DNA of 64,000 nucleotides from Blastocatellia bacterium. GTDB lineage: Bacteria > Acidobacteriota > Blastocatellia > RBC074. Made by a program: the position numbers and the translations under genes. The stretch spans positions 178-64,177 of the forward strand of contig JAXLQQ010000020.1 in the NCBI GenBank assembly GCA_046331525.1, given 5' to 3'. The notes beneath the pieces are model-generated. The model searched no databases, was not told the origin of the DNA, and saw nothing but the letters and a program-made list of their open reading frames with translations. Positions 1 through 8,907 of this stretch are shown here, piece after piece. Positions within the stretch are counted from its first letter, which is position 1; the number at the start of each line of letters is the position of its first letter.

Positions 1-789
1 GATTACATCGTGCTGGCGAATTAAATTTCAACAATCCACCAACAAAGAACAATTATAATTACAGAGAACGATGCTGCTATGCAGCGAAAGTTTTGATCGT
101 ACCACCTGTTACGCTCGTAATACAATAACTATTTGAGGAAGTTTTGACTAAACAGGGAACTTCCCCTCCCGGTCAAAAACCCTATTAAGGCTATTGTCAG
201 GCTTACTGCGGGGTGATTGCCTAATTTTTACTGATTATTTCTTGCTTACAAAAACGTAGGAAATTTACCATTCAAACCTAACATTGTCAAGTGGAAAAGT
301 TAATGTTCCTTTAGTCAATAAATCCCTGTGCTCTAACAGTTTAGATGAAGCTGGAAAGACCTGAACACTGCCATATTATTTGGAAGCTTGCGAAGGGTTT
401 GTGATGTGGTCTCCCCTTGATTGGATACCTGAATTCAGCAAATAGAAGCTGGGCGTAGGGGCGGAAGTTAAGCGTGTGACTGTTAACATACCTCACATTT
501 CTTTTTCCGCTGGTCAAAAGCGAAAACCCAATCCTGTCACCAACAATCGCGGATTGTAAAATTTTCCATGAAATGAATCACCAATTTTTTCCATATCTAC
601 ATGAAGGCTGAATTTGTGCCCACAAAGACAACCCATCTGAGATTCGCCCTTTCCAGCAAAGGCTGAAAGGTCAGTTAACAAATTAGTGCGGTGAAAATGA
701 GCAGCCCATTTCCTCACTGCCGGATGCAATAGACGCGGGAGATTGCCCGCCGTTCTCACAACCTGCTTGCCCACTCCCGCTGCTCACGC

Positions 790-1860
790 ATGTCAGGTAC
801 GTCTGCTTGCTGTATGTCCGTACAACCTCTGAATTCTCTTACTCTGCCCCACACGCTGTTGCCCCTTCCGGGACTCGTCTACCGGAGTGCTGCTCTGCAA
901 CAGGTCGCCGAGCAAATCTATCGGATCAAAGACCATCCCAGCATTGTTCTCGTCACCGGAGAATCCGGGACGGGCAAGGAACTTGTCGCGCGGGCGCTGC
1001 ATAAGCTCAGCCACCGCGCCAATCACCCTTTCGTTGCCTATAACTGTAGCGCCTTACCCATGCAATTGGCGGAGGCGGCATTGTTTGGGTATCGGCGCGG
1101 GGCCTTTACAGATGCAAAAGAAGACTCGCTGGGCGTGATTCGGGCTGCTGCCAACGGGACGTTGTTTCTGGACGAGATAGGAGAGTTGCCAGTGGAACTC
1201 CAACCGAAATTGCTGCGGTTTCTGGATCAGGGCGAAATCCATCCGCTCGGCGAACCACAGCCGCAACGGGTCAATGTCCGCATCGTGGCGGCAACGAATG
1301 CCGATCTGGAAGAGCGCGTGCAGGCTAAAACCTTTCGTGATGACCTCTACTATCGCTTGAATGTTTTCTCGATATGCCTGCCACCTTTACGAGAACGGGG
1401 GGCAGATATTGGAGTTCTGCTGGATCATTTTCTGCAACTGTACGGACAGCGGGCCGGGAAACCACAATTGCGGCTCAAACGAGAAGCCCGTACCGCTCTT
1501 TTGCAATACCACTATCCAGGGAATGTGCGCGAGTTGAGCAGTATCGTGCAAAGAATTGTGGTCTACGGTTCCAATCAGCAACGTATCAGCCGCGCCAACC
1601 TTGTCCAATATTGCCCGGAACTTGGGCGACTGACTGCGGGAGGAAAGGTTGTTGACTTGAAGTCCCTGCTTCCTGAACATCTTCCCATAGAACTGTCATT
1701 ACAAGAGGTCAGAGTAGCGTGGGGAGAAGCGTTGGAGCGCAAGCTCATCGCAGAAGCGTTGTGGCGACACGGCGGAAATGTGAAGCGGGCGGCGGCTGAT
1801 CTTGGCTGGGAACGTTCGACCTTACGCAATAAGCTCAAAGCCTACAAGCTTCTTGCCTAA
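790..1860 (+). CDS. Sigma-54-dependent transcriptional activator (bacterial enhancer-binding protein). It has only an AAA+ domain and a C-terminal Fis-type HTH, with no N-terminal sensor or receiver domain.
   Basis: Walker A GESGTGKE, the GAFTDA sigma-54 contact loop, an R-finger region and the C-terminal HTH GNVKRAAADLGWERSTLRNKLK. Only about 35 aa precede the AAA+ core. Confidence 0.9.
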   Translation: MSGTSACCMSVQPLNSLTLPHTLLPLPGLVYRSAALQQVAEQIYRIKDHPSIVLVTGESGTGKELVARALHKLSHRANHPFVAYNCSALPMQLAEAALFGYRRGAFTDAKEDSLGVIRAAANGTLFLDEIGELPVELQPKLLRFLDQGEIHPLGEPQPQRVNVRIVAATNADLEERVQAKTFRDDLYYRLNVFSICLPPLRERGADIGVLLDHFLQLYGQRAGKPQLRLKREARTALLQYHYPGNVRELSSIVQRIVVYGSNQQRISRANLVQYCPELGRLTAGGKVVDLKSLLPEHLPIELSLQEVRVAWGEALERKLIAEALWRHGGNVKRAAADLGWERSTLRNKLKAYKLLA

Positions 1861-1994
1861 TGCAACATTTGCTCAAGCGGATACTAGGTAGACACGCTTT
1901 GTTTTTCGTGTAGTCGGTACTCAATCTGTTGAAAACGTAAATAAAAGAGAAGACAGAGAGTTAGGGGGCTTACGTGAATTGGTGCTTGGTTTTG

Positions 1995-2013
1995 GTGGTC
2001 AATGATTGACCAC
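1995..2013. promoter_or_regulatory. Perfect 9-1-9 palindrome GTGGTCAATgATTGACCAC, a candidate activator binding site upstream of RHS-1
   Basis: Exact reverse-complement symmetry read from the sequence. It lies about 110 nt upstream of a -24/-12-like element at 2123-2138 (TGGCTCGCCAGTTGAC). Confidence 0.3.
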
Positions 2014-2382
2014 TTTGCATGAATTTAAGAATCACTTTCCGCTTGCGAAAGCATCGTTAAAACTTTTTATCTTCCTTGCTTGCCATAAGTTAAAACAAAA
2101 ATCCAGACCAGGGGACAAACCGTGGCTCGCCAGTTGACTAGCAGAGGGGCGGAGTCATCACGAAATCTGACAACATTGCCAAGCTGACCCCCCATCAATC
2201 GGAGCGGCTTCAGCAAAAATGCTTCAATCAAACCTGTTTTGGTGAAGCTGCCAACGCATAACACGTTGCATCACGTAACGGCAGAGAGCCTGTCGCACGG
2301 TTCCACAATTTCTTTGAGACCAGTTCGTTGCCTATTTCGGGGAAAGGCCCGTTGTCGCTTCCCTTTTTTACCAGAGGTTTCC

Positions 2383-5300
2383 ATGAGAAAGATTACCCAT
2401 TGCTTACTTACCCCGGCCCAAACATTGATTGTAAAAATGTCTTGTTTAGGACACGCCTTGAACACCACAATGCGCCGCTTATCGGGATGGCGGGAAAACA
2501 AAATGCACGCTGTTGCCCCGCAACATGCGAGGCATATTCATTGGCAAAGCATATCTCTATGGCGACGCGCGATCAGCCTTATGCTGTGCGTAGTGCTACT
2601 GGCAAATCCGATTCTAGCCATGCCACAAGGAGTCCTTATTCTCAGCAATGAATTCCGTTATAGCTTGGCCTTTTATTGGTATAACAGCGGACTGGCTGCT
2701 AAGTTCAATGCGTGGTTTCAGAAACCTGCGGCGGTGCAGGATACAAGAGGCTGGGATGGCAAGGGCGCACCGCCGAATACTCCCCCAGAACCCAGCGTGC
2801 AAGAGAAGCAAGCCAATCGTGATGTCAAAGTCTCCAAAATAGAAATTTCGCCGCGTGACGTGACAATTCATACCGGTGAGAAAGCGGTCTTCGCCGCAGT
2901 TGCCTACGACAAAGACGGTAACTTAGTTCCAGGCGTAAAATTTATCTGGGATGGCTCTGATGAAGACAGGAAACGCAAGATGAGCGTGTCGCCACGAGGC
3001 ATTTTTACCTCTCCGGTGCCGGGCAACTACAAAGTCACAGTCGAAGCCTTAAATAAAAGAGATAGCGTCAAGGTAACGGTCATCGGCGAGAAACTTAACC
3101 CCAAAGACCCCGGCGTAAAAGGCGAGCCGATTTCCACCTCTGACAAACCGAAAGCGAAAATCTCGCGCAACACAATAGAGACACCAATGCAACGCATTGG
3201 CGGCGCGGCTCCCACTGTGCCGGACGAGTCGAACTTGCTCAAAAAAACATCTGCAACAGAACTAGCGCAGGTTGGGCGTAAAGGAACACGGTATGCGGCA
3301 AAACCAATGGCAGTCACCGCCGCCGTGCAAGGTGGTAATTACGATTACTATCAGTGGAATGGTGGCAATTACACCGAGGCCGATGATCCAGGACGCGAAC
3401 GTGGCGATATGGCCGGTCACGCAGCAGATGGCGGTGCAGGCAGTGGTAACTTCCAATTCTCTGCCCCCATCACGGGTTTGGACGGACGCGGAATAGACCT
3501 TAATCTGGTGCTCAACTATAACTCGCGCATTTGGCATAAATCCGGTTCGGATATGTATTTTGACATTGACGGCGATTACATTCCCGGCTGGACGTTTGGT
3601 TTTGGGCGAATCGTCACGGCAGGGAATGGTTATATGCTCATTGAGGCGGATGGTACTCGCCACAGTTATGGCGGCAATCCGTGGAGCTACTCGGCTCCCA
3701 ATACATCATTACAAGGGTTTGATGGTTACACCAAAGATGGTTCCTACATCAATTACTGGGCGCGCGGCTATCGTCCGCAATATGGTAGCTACATTCTGGA
3801 CGCATGGGCGAAATTACCGAACGGCACGAAGATCATCTACGGCGCATCGGCCAATCTCGGCGCTTATCCCACGCAAATTACCGATGCCAACGGCAATTAC
3901 ATCACGATTACCTACGTCAATAATCAAGGGCCGCAGATTGACACGATTACCGATACCTTGGGACGGCAAATCAAATTCAAATACGTGGATTTGCTAGTTG
4001 GCAGTGTCTACAAAAAAGTGGTCGTCGCAGTGACGGTACCGGGCTTCAATGGCGGGGCAGATCGTGTTATTGCACGCTATGCTTATGATACCAAGAGTTT
4101 GACAGATTCCGGTTCCAATTACGGCTTTAGCGGTGTTACCTGTCGGGTGCAAAATGCCACGATTGCACGACTCAAAGCGATTTACTATCCCGCCACGAAT
4201 ACAGGCTATTGGTTTGGGGATTCAGATTCCTATTCCACCTACGGTATGCTCCGCAAAATTAGCGAACGACGCGGAATGGCATGCAGCAACCCAGATGTGA
4301 CAACTGCGGAGGCGAATATCACGAATTCGGGAGTGATGTCACGCGAAGTAGTCTATGAGCATACGTCACAGGCTGGTTATAGCAACACCTCCGGCCCTTT
4401 GACGGATGTACCGACCTATAACCAAACGACGGAAGATTGGTCGGGGCGGCATGCAAGCGCCCCCCACAACATTCCAAAGCCTGTCACTGAATACAACGTT
4501 ACAACCAATAGCAGCACCATCACGACTCGAATCACTCGTCGTGATACTAGCTCTTCTGATGGCCTGACAACAGAGCAAATCACCGACAACAACACAAGTT
4601 CGCAAACCTATGGGTTATTGTTGGAAGACACCACCTTTCCCACTAAAACCAGTTCGACCGTCTTGCACAAATCCAAAGTTTATTGGGAAGTTCCTGACCT
4701 TAACACCTACCCCTCACATTACGGTGCGCCACGTCCGAATCATACTGAAGTGACAGATGAGCGCGGGCAAATGACCTCGACTTATTACACCTACGGTGTC
4801 AATTATAATCAGGTGGCGGATGTACGTGAATATGGCTACAACAATCAGTTTCTACGCCGCACCCACACCGACTACATTAACACCACGCCTTATATTGGTT
4901 ATTGGAGTAACAACCCCTACGGTAGTTATTTCGGACGCCACATTTACAGTTTGGTGAGCGCCGTCTCGGTCTATGCCAGTGAGAATGATGATTCAGTGCG
5001 TGTCTCGCGCACCGAATATCAATACGATCAACAGAGCGGGCAGCAGCTTTACAATACGCCTGATGTGCCTCAGCATGAATTAGTTTCTGACCCCTATGAT
5101 CCGGGCTATCAGATTTGTGATTGGGTCTGGAATGGCTGGGATTATGACTACATTTGTAACACTTATTACACCTATGACTCCGGCACAGATAAACGCGGTA
5201 ACATAACGAGTGTCAAACGGTACGCTGATGCGTTGAATGTGCCAAACGATCCGCTTGCCTTAACCGAAACGCGCAATTACGACATCTGCGGCAATTTAAT

Positions 5301-8300
5301 TACGGCGGCTCCGGCCTGCTGCGAACAAACGGTTTACACCTATTCTATTGATACTAAATATACGTGGCCTTCATCGGTTACGCACGGGTTAATTTCCGAC
5401 GCATCTCAGCGTAACACAATTAGCACGGTCTACGACTTAAACACTGGCTTAGTAACAACAGCCTATAATCCGAATGGTCTTTACTCCACAACCACATATA
5501 ACGCCTCAACTTTGCGCCCAACTTTTGAGTATGGATTCAGGTCGTCTTCCAGTCAGCCAGTGGGTTACACCTATCACGAGTATTATGACAACACCAGCAA
5601 TAATGACATGGCGATTATAGATTTCAGTTATGAATCTGGCCTCAATGGGGCGAGTTGGGCAAATCGCGTGGACAAATATCTGGACGGGAAAGGGCGCGTT
5701 GGGGCAGAAATAGGTTTCACTGCCGGATATGAAATGGATGTCGTGGCGACTATTTATGATCAATTCGGGCGCGTGAAAACGCAATCACGACCCTATCGGT
5801 TAAACACAAGTTGGGGGCTTGTTGGGACGCAGGAGTGGACAAATTTTAACTATGACGTTCAGGATCGTATTACCAGCGAAGTCGCGCCAGATGGTAGCAT
5901 CAGTTATCGCTATTACAATGAAACGTCCTATCCGAGTGGGGCTACTCCTGGTGGGCAGACTATCCGTCTTAAAGATGCCTGGGGGCGAGAACGCTGGGCG
6001 CGAAGTGATGAACAAAATCGCTTAGTTGAAGTTGTAGAACCTGCACCAAATGGTGATGGTACAGTGGCAAGCAACGGCTTAATAACAACTTACTCTTATA
6101 ACACGCTCGGCAACTTGACAGGGGTCAATCAAGGCGGGCAAACCCGTAGTTTCAAATTCGACAGTTTGGGGCGCATGACGAATCAAAAGCTGGCTGAGCG
6201 TCAGGCAACGCTGACTGATAGCGGCGGCGATGGCAGCACTTGGAGCGATTATTTCAAATATGACAATCGCGGCAATCTGATTCAGCGCATAGATGCGCGG
6301 CGTGTTAAAACGAACTTTGATTATGGTAGTGACCCCCTTAATCGCCTACAAAGCGTGAGTTATGATAAGTCCAATGCACTGGATGCAACAAATATCAAAG
6401 ACGCTGCGACGGTGTCCTATACCTATGAAAATACATCAAGCAAAGATAAGACGCGATTACTTAGCATAAGTTTAACTGCTGTCAATGGGTTGCCTACGGA
6501 TTTTGGTAATCAATCCTTCGGTTATGACAGCGAAGGTCGTTTGAGTAGTCTAACGCAAAAATATGGCAACAGTCGGAACGCAACGACCAGTTACGAATAT
6601 GACACACTGGGGCGTACAAAGAAAATTTTCTATCCGGCTCAGCAAGGGCAAACCGGCAATCCGATCCGCGAAGGTACCCTGACTTATGATCTAGCCAGCC
6701 GGTCTCAATCACTAACTTATAACAGCACGGCGATGGCGAATAATCCGGTTTACAATCCCTCTAGCCAAACAACACAGCTTGATGTCGGCGGTGCAATTCA
6801 GGAGCAATATACCTTCGATCCACAAACCGGTCTGCTCACCAATCAGAAAGTTAAGCAAGGCTCAACTACACACATGGATTTGAGTTATGACTACAACAAC
6901 CTCTACACGGGAACAGGACAGAATTCAACATGGAAAACAGGCCAATTAAGCAAGATCGTTGACAATAAAAATAATGAGCGTAATAGGCAATTTACCTATG
7001 ACAAATTGAGTAGGTTAAAGGAGGCGAAAGGTGGCTCTTCTTTCACCCTGTGGAGTCAAACATATAGCTATGATAATTGGGGAAATCGCACGGGCGTGGC
7101 GGGTAGTGGATTTGCAGCGACCATTCCAGCAAATACTATCGCAATCGGCTCTGATGGGTTGACAAGCGTCACCTACGATACTGCGACAAACCGCATTACG
7201 AGTGGTAGTTTCAGCTACGATGCAGCAGGCAACCAAACCCAAGCAAATGAGAATGGGTTGGTAAATAATTATAAATACGACACCGCAGGCAGATTAGCTG
7301 AAGTTACGAATAATGCTGGCACACATACCTATGCCTATGGGACAAGCAATCAGCGGTTGCAAAGTGTAGAAGGAAGCAACACGACTTTGTACACATGGGA
7401 AGGCGGAAGTGTCATCGCGGAATACAATGGTGCGGGCACTGGGATGACCTGGACAAAGAGCTATGTATATTTAGGCGCAAGATTGTTGGCAGTCGAGTCT
7501 CCGCTTAGTGTGAATTCTACCGAGATTCAGTATCAGCATCCAGATCGGTTAGGGACGAGGCTTGTGACGAACACAGCGGGCGGAATTGTAAGTGAGAATA
7601 TCGGTTTGCCTTTTGGGAATATCATCGCAGGCGAGTCTACAAATATCGGGGGGAGCGCAACGAAGAAACGGTTTACGACCTATGATCGTAGTGACACAAC
7701 AACCTTGGATTATGCGGTAAATCGCAATTATTCAGCAGCACAGGGACGCTTCACACAGGTTGACCCAATTGGGATCAACGCCTCTTCTTTGGAAAACCCA
7801 CAATCGCTAAATTTATACGCATACGTCGGAAATGATCCTATTAATCGCACCGATCCTGATGGCCTATTCTGGAAGGAAATTGGAAACTTCTTCAAAAAGG
7901 TTGGGAAATTTTTCAGCAAAGTGGGAGAAGTAATAGGCCGTGTTCTCAACAATCGGTGGGTACGAATAGGCGTATTCTTATTAGGCTTTTTTATGCCTGG
8001 GCTAAAGCTTATCAGTGCTGCCTTGGCGAAAGTCGTAAATGTTGCCCTCAAGGTTTATAATTTCGTTGCCGATGTAGGCGCACAATTGCAACTCTACGGG
8101 ATGCTCTTCCAAGGGAAATTTAAGGAGCTAGGATTAAGCTTAGCGAATGGGCTGGTAGGAAATGCTATCTCCAATTTGATTGATCCGATAATCGGGGGGG
8201 TGCAAAAAGCTTTATTCGATCCGAAATTTGACGAACTAGCCGACCTCTTTGTCGGGGGATGGAAAGGGTTCAAGCAGGCTTGGCAAAATCTTGGAAATTC

Positions 8301-8670
8301 TTTTGGGCAAAAGGTCTTCAATCTTATGTTTGGTTATGGGAATTATGGGGGGGCTGGACATCCTCCTGATGGTGCATTCGACCCTCAAGCCGGTCAGTTT
8401 AATCCTGATACCCCTGGAATTGATAGTGTTGATAATAGGTTTAAGGGACACGATAAGCGGTATCGAACTGCTGGCTACAGCAAGTTAAAAGCCGATGTCA
8501 TTTTAGTAGGAGGTCTCTTCTTTTCGTCTCCAAGACTGCATGCTTCAGACATCGCGTTTTCAGGACAATTTAGAGGCCGACCAGGCTCTGGAAGTGTGTA
8601 TAAATTTGTAGCTACTGCTGCCTTTACGGGAATGGCGATTGGGAGAGGCACTGCGAAAGCCTTCAAATAA
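2383..8670 (+). CDS. RHS/YD-repeat polymorphic toxin 1: N-terminal hydrophobic anchor or signal, Big_2-like Ig domain, YD-repeat shell, RHS core, PLA2-like C-terminal tip
   Basis: Numerous YD-type repeats (YxYDxxGNL/R, e.g. YSYNTLGNLT, FKYDNRGNLI, YEYDTLGR). Core end motif YVGNDPINRTDPDGL at 7852-7866. Ig-like segment around 2827-3085. The ATG at 2383 has a GAGG 5 nt upstream; the ATG at 2503 is an alternative start just before the hydrophobic segment LMLCVVLLANPILA. Confidence 0.9.
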   Translation: MRKITHCLLTPAQTLIVKMSCLGHALNTTMRRLSGWRENKMHAVAPQHARHIHWQSISLWRRAISLMLCVVLLANPILAMPQGVLILSNEFRYSLAFYWYNSGLAAKFNAWFQKPAAVQDTRGWDGKGAPPNTPPEPSVQEKQANRDVKVSKIEISPRDVTIHTGEKAVFAAVAYDKDGNLVPGVKFIWDGSDEDRKRKMSVSPRGIFTSPVPGNYKVTVEALNKRDSVKVTVIGEKLNPKDPGVKGEPISTSDKPKAKISRNTIETPMQRIGGAAPTVPDESNLLKKTSATELAQVGRKGTRYAAKPMAVTAAVQGGNYDYYQWNGGNYTEADDPGRERGDMAGHAADGGAGSGNFQFSAPITGLDGRGIDLNLVLNYNSRIWHKSGSDMYFDIDGDYIPGWTFGFGRIVTAGNGYMLIEADGTRHSYGGNPWSYSAPNTSLQGFDGYTKDGSYINYWARGYRPQYGSYILDAWAKLPNGTKIIYGASANLGAYPTQITDANGNYITITYVNNQGPQIDTITDTLGRQIKFKYVDLLVGSVYKKVVVAVTVPGFNGGADRVIARYAYDTKSLTDSGSNYGFSGVTCRVQNATIARLKAIYYPATNTGYWFGDSDSYSTYGMLRKISERRGMACSNPDVTTAEANITNSGVMSREVVYEHTSQAGYSNTSGPLTDVPTYNQTTEDWSGRHASAPHNIPKPVTEYNVTTNSSTITTRITRRDTSSSDGLTTEQITDNNTSSQTYGLLLEDTTFPTKTSSTVLHKSKVYWEVPDLNTYPSHYGAPRPNHTEVTDERGQMTSTYYTYGVNYNQVADVREYGYNNQFLRRTHTDYINTTPYIGYWSNNPYGSYFGRHIYSLVSAVSVYASENDDSVRVSRTEYQYDQQSGQQLYNTPDVPQHELVSDPYDPGYQICDWVWNGWDYDYICNTYYTYDSGTDKRGNITSVKRYADALNVPNDPLALTETRNYDICGNLITAAPACCEQTVYTYSIDTKYTWPSSVTHGLISDASQRNTISTVYDLNTGLVTTAYNPNGLYSTTTYNASTLRPTFEYGFRSSSSQPVGYTYHEYYDNTSNNDMAIIDFSYESGLNGASWANRVDKYLDGKGRVGAEIGFTAGYEMDVVATIYDQFGRVKTQSRPYRLNTSWGLVGTQEWTNFNYDVQDRITSEVAPDGSISYRYYNETSYPSGATPGGQTIRLKDAWGRERWARSDEQNRLVEVVEPAPNGDGTVASNGLITTYSYNTLGNLTGVNQGGQTRSFKFDSLGRMTNQKLAERQATLTDSGGDGSTWSDYFKYDNRGNLIQRIDARRVKTNFDYGSDPLNRLQSVSYDKSNALDATNIKDAATVSYTYENTSSKDKTRLLSISLTAVNGLPTDFGNQSFGYDSEGRLSSLTQKYGNSRNATTSYEYDTLGRTKKIFYPAQQGQTGNPIREGTLTYDLASRSQSLTYNSTAMANNPVYNPSSQTTQLDVGGAIQEQYTFDPQTGLLTNQKVKQGSTTHMDLSYDYNNLYTGTGQNSTWKTGQLSKIVDNKNNERNRQFTYDKLSRLKEAKGGSSFTLWSQTYSYDNWGNRTGVAGSGFAATIPANTIAIGSDGLTSVTYDTATNRITSGSFSYDAAGNQTQANENGLVNNYKYDTAGRLAEVTNNAGTHTYAYGTSNQRLQSVEGSNTTLYTWEGGSVIAEYNGAGTGMTWTKSYVYLGARLLAVESPLSVNSTEIQYQHPDRLGTRLVTNTAGGIVSENIGLPFGNIIAGESTNIGGSATKKRFTTYDRSDTTTLDYAVNRNYSAAQGRFTQVDPIGINASSLENPQSLNLYAYVGNDPINRTDPDGLFWKEIGNFFKKVGKFFSKVGEVIGRVLNNRWVRIGVFLLGFFMPGLKLISAALAKVVNVALKVYNFVADVGAQLQLYGMLFQGKFKELGLSLANGLVGNAISNLIDPIIGGVQKALFDPKFDELADLFVGGWKGFKQAWQNLGNSFGQKVFNLMFGYGNYGGAGHPPDGAFDPQAGQFNPDTPGIDSVDNRFKGHDKRYRTAGYSKLKADVILVGGLFFSSPRLHASDIAFSGQFRGRPGSGSVYKFVATAAFTGMAIGRGTAKAFK

Positions 8671-8686
8671 AGGGGGGGAAGGTTCG

Positions 8687-8822
8687 TGCGAATTTCATTG
8701 AGGTCGGTAGGCGTAATGATATACTGACAATCGTGGCAACATTGGATTGACTTAGATCAATCGCGGTGGGCATCGGAACTGCTCAATTTTCGTTTGTTCG
8801 CTCTCTCAATGAAATTCGCACC
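8687..8822. repeat. Perfect 17-bp inverted repeat (GTGCGAATTTCATTGAG / CTCAATGAAATTCGCAC) enclosing about 100 nt, between the RHS-1 stop and the WD40 gene
   Basis: Arms at 8687-8703 and 8806-8822 are exact reverse complements. There is an inner small stem GATTGA..TCAATC. Confidence 0.7.
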
Positions 8823-8907
8823 ATTATTCAATGATTCATCACAACTCGGAATCATTATTACAGTTAAAAAGATAACCCTGCCTTTAATTTAACAGAGGGA
8901 TTTTACA

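Noticed and set aside
1-24. A possible C-terminal end of a plus-strand gene (..DYIVLAN-stop) at the window edge
   Set aside because: Only 7 codons are visible, so it cannot be supported.
514-774. An 86-aa minus-strand ORF upstream of the sigma-54 activator. It ends ..GDSFHGKFYNPRLLV, faintly reminiscent of small antitoxin or zinc-ribbon proteins.
   Set aside because: The resemblance is too weak to name a family. No clear RBS or partner gene is present. I also tested it as the missing comEC C-terminus, and it does not resemble one.
2255-2285. A second sigma-54-like site around CTGCCAACGCATAACACGTTGCAT (good TTGCAT at -12)
   Set aside because: At the required spacing the -24 position reads GC rather than the invariant GG, so it fails the core consensus.
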